This document shows positions 62,398 through 64,000 of a DNA stretch of 64,000 nucleotides, piece after piece (the stretch's first letter is position 1; each line of letters starts with the position of its first letter). The notes beneath the pieces are model-generated. The model was not told the DNA's origin and made no database searches. It was given only the letters and a program-made list of their open reading frames with translations. The position numbers were made by a program, and so were the translations under genes. This DNA is from Stegostoma tigrinum (taxonomy: Eukaryota), in NCBI RefSeq assembly GCF_030684315.1, contig NC_081391.1:13555342-13619341 (forward strand), given 5' to 3'.

Positions 62398-64000
62398 TGT
62401 GGCCTGGAGTACTGTCTGCTTGTCTGAATGCATTCCCCACTTCACCCTGGGCAATCTGCCTCTCTCCAGGGAGAAAGGACTTTGAGCAAAGAATGTAATG
62501 GCTGTACCAGCCGAATGGAAATGAATAAAATGATCTCTTGATCTCAGTTACTGTGCATCATTTTGAGACCACTGATACCGCTTTGGTCAAGCAAGCTTTC
62601 TTGCCTCACTTCACCATTGCTTTTCCCCAACCCCCTGTGGACAGACTCCAGGCCTATGGGAGCCAGTTGGGGTTCAAATGGGGCCTGTGACCGACCCTGA
62701 CGACAACCATCAACTGGTGGCCCTGCTGACCAGTTCCCTTTGTCACTGAAGTCTGCTGCTCCTCCCAGGGGCCCTTGGGTTTTCTGAACTTTCTTGGTTC
62801 AACTGCATAGATTTGTTTTTCCCCCAGAAGGAATCCAAAATTCCTTCAAGTGGCTTCCTCAGTTTTTTGCTTTCTTTCCTTCGCCCTGGGCTCAGTCCCT
62901 CCCCATAACTGGAAGTCCACCAGCCCTGAGCTGGGGAAATTCAGCCCAAACATTCTGAACAGTCACATTCCAGAGAATCATCTCCAGATTCTCTGGGGCT
63001 ACTTGATTGATAGTGGATGCTCTTGATACCATAAATACAAGGATTGGTGACCTGGGGCTTGGATGATTGCCCATGGTTCAAAATACTCACATTTGGTTTA
63101 TGCTTGCAGCTACAACTGGCCTCTGACTGTTGAAGGGTTTGTACAAAAAGCTGCTACCTTGGTTCTTGGAACCTTTCCATGGGCTGATGAAATTTTTTTT
63201 TTGACCCAGTGAGGGAGCAGGGATTTCTGGGGAAGATGGGGGCTGTCTCCTTCAGTCAAGATGCCTGGACATGCTGACTTTGCCTTACAGCTGTTTCCTT
63301 GATCATTCAAGGTGTCTGATCATGGGTTAGGGAGGGTGTGATCAGAGACAGCCCGGAGATTATCTTGAGTTTTGGCACAAGTGCACACTGTAGCCTTAGG
63401 AAGAGTGTGGGTCATTAAGGTACTGAATAGATTTGTTCCATCACAAAAATCCTTGTTGTTTGGCCCAGTCTCTATCCTTGGTGATAGAATCCCTGCTCTC
63501 TGGCAAGAGGCCATTTGACCCAGGTAGCATCAACCTTCTGACCAGAATCCTGCTCAGTCCCACCCCAGTCCTTTAACCCTGTGTCTTCCCCATGGCTAAT
63601 CCAGCTTGCCCCTTGTCAATATCACCAACTTAGCATTGCCTATCCACTTGACCAGCAAATAGTTCAGATGGTGGGTGGGAAACCAAACAGACACTGTAAA
63701 TGTACAAACTCCCCAGGGTGCCCTAAGGCTGTAATAAATCCCATGTCGCTGTGAGGTAAGTGTTCGCTACTGAGACACTGTCTCACCCGAAAGTACCGAA
63801 CAAAGGAATATGCTGTTGCATACTGTCAGAGTCCTACAGCAGAGATACAGGTTGTTTGGCTCAAACCGTCCAGGTCGAGCAGTGTTCCAAATCTGAACTA
63901 GTTGTGTTTGCCCCATATCCCTCAACCAGTCCTTTCCCTGGAAATCACCAAATGTCTTTTAACAACTGCAATTGCACCTACTTCTCGTGCTTTATGTAGC

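Noticed and set aside
1-64000. CRISPR array or prokaryotic system
   Set aside because: The repeats are spliceosomal-intron gene duplicates and vertebrate retroelements. There is no repeat-spacer structure or operon.

Overview
Vertebrate genomic DNA, most likely a cartilaginous fish; this is inferred from the CR1-type LINE, tRNA-derived SINE and Penelope-like repeat content. The whole window is a head-to-tail tandem array of eight 4-exon ferritin genes on the + strand, each encoding 176 aa when intact (ATGs at 1928, 11559, 17721, 24657, 33054, 42660, 49021, 57238). Their order is A-B-C-D-E-(A/C chimera)-D'-E'. The subunits are unusual. They carry light-chain hallmarks (K62, E141, C-terminal GEYLFDRL; human H-chain numbering) but keep the ferroxidase ligands E27, Y34 (except copy C), H65 and E107. 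No copy has an iron-responsive element. Seven share a conserved promoter (DR1 AGGTCAAAGGTCA, inverted CCAAT boxes, ATCAATTGAT, TGATGTCA, TATA), with unit-specific variants. Exons 1 and 4 are almost invariant while introns are diverged, which suggests gene conversion. Copy C has lost its promoter and copy D has a frameshift. Copy B has a GC donor plus a transplanted ferritin 3'UTR/poly(A) signal inside intron 2. Small palindromic Penelope-derived insertions with about 14-bp target duplications occur, and the youngest contains an intact minimal hammerhead ribozyme core.
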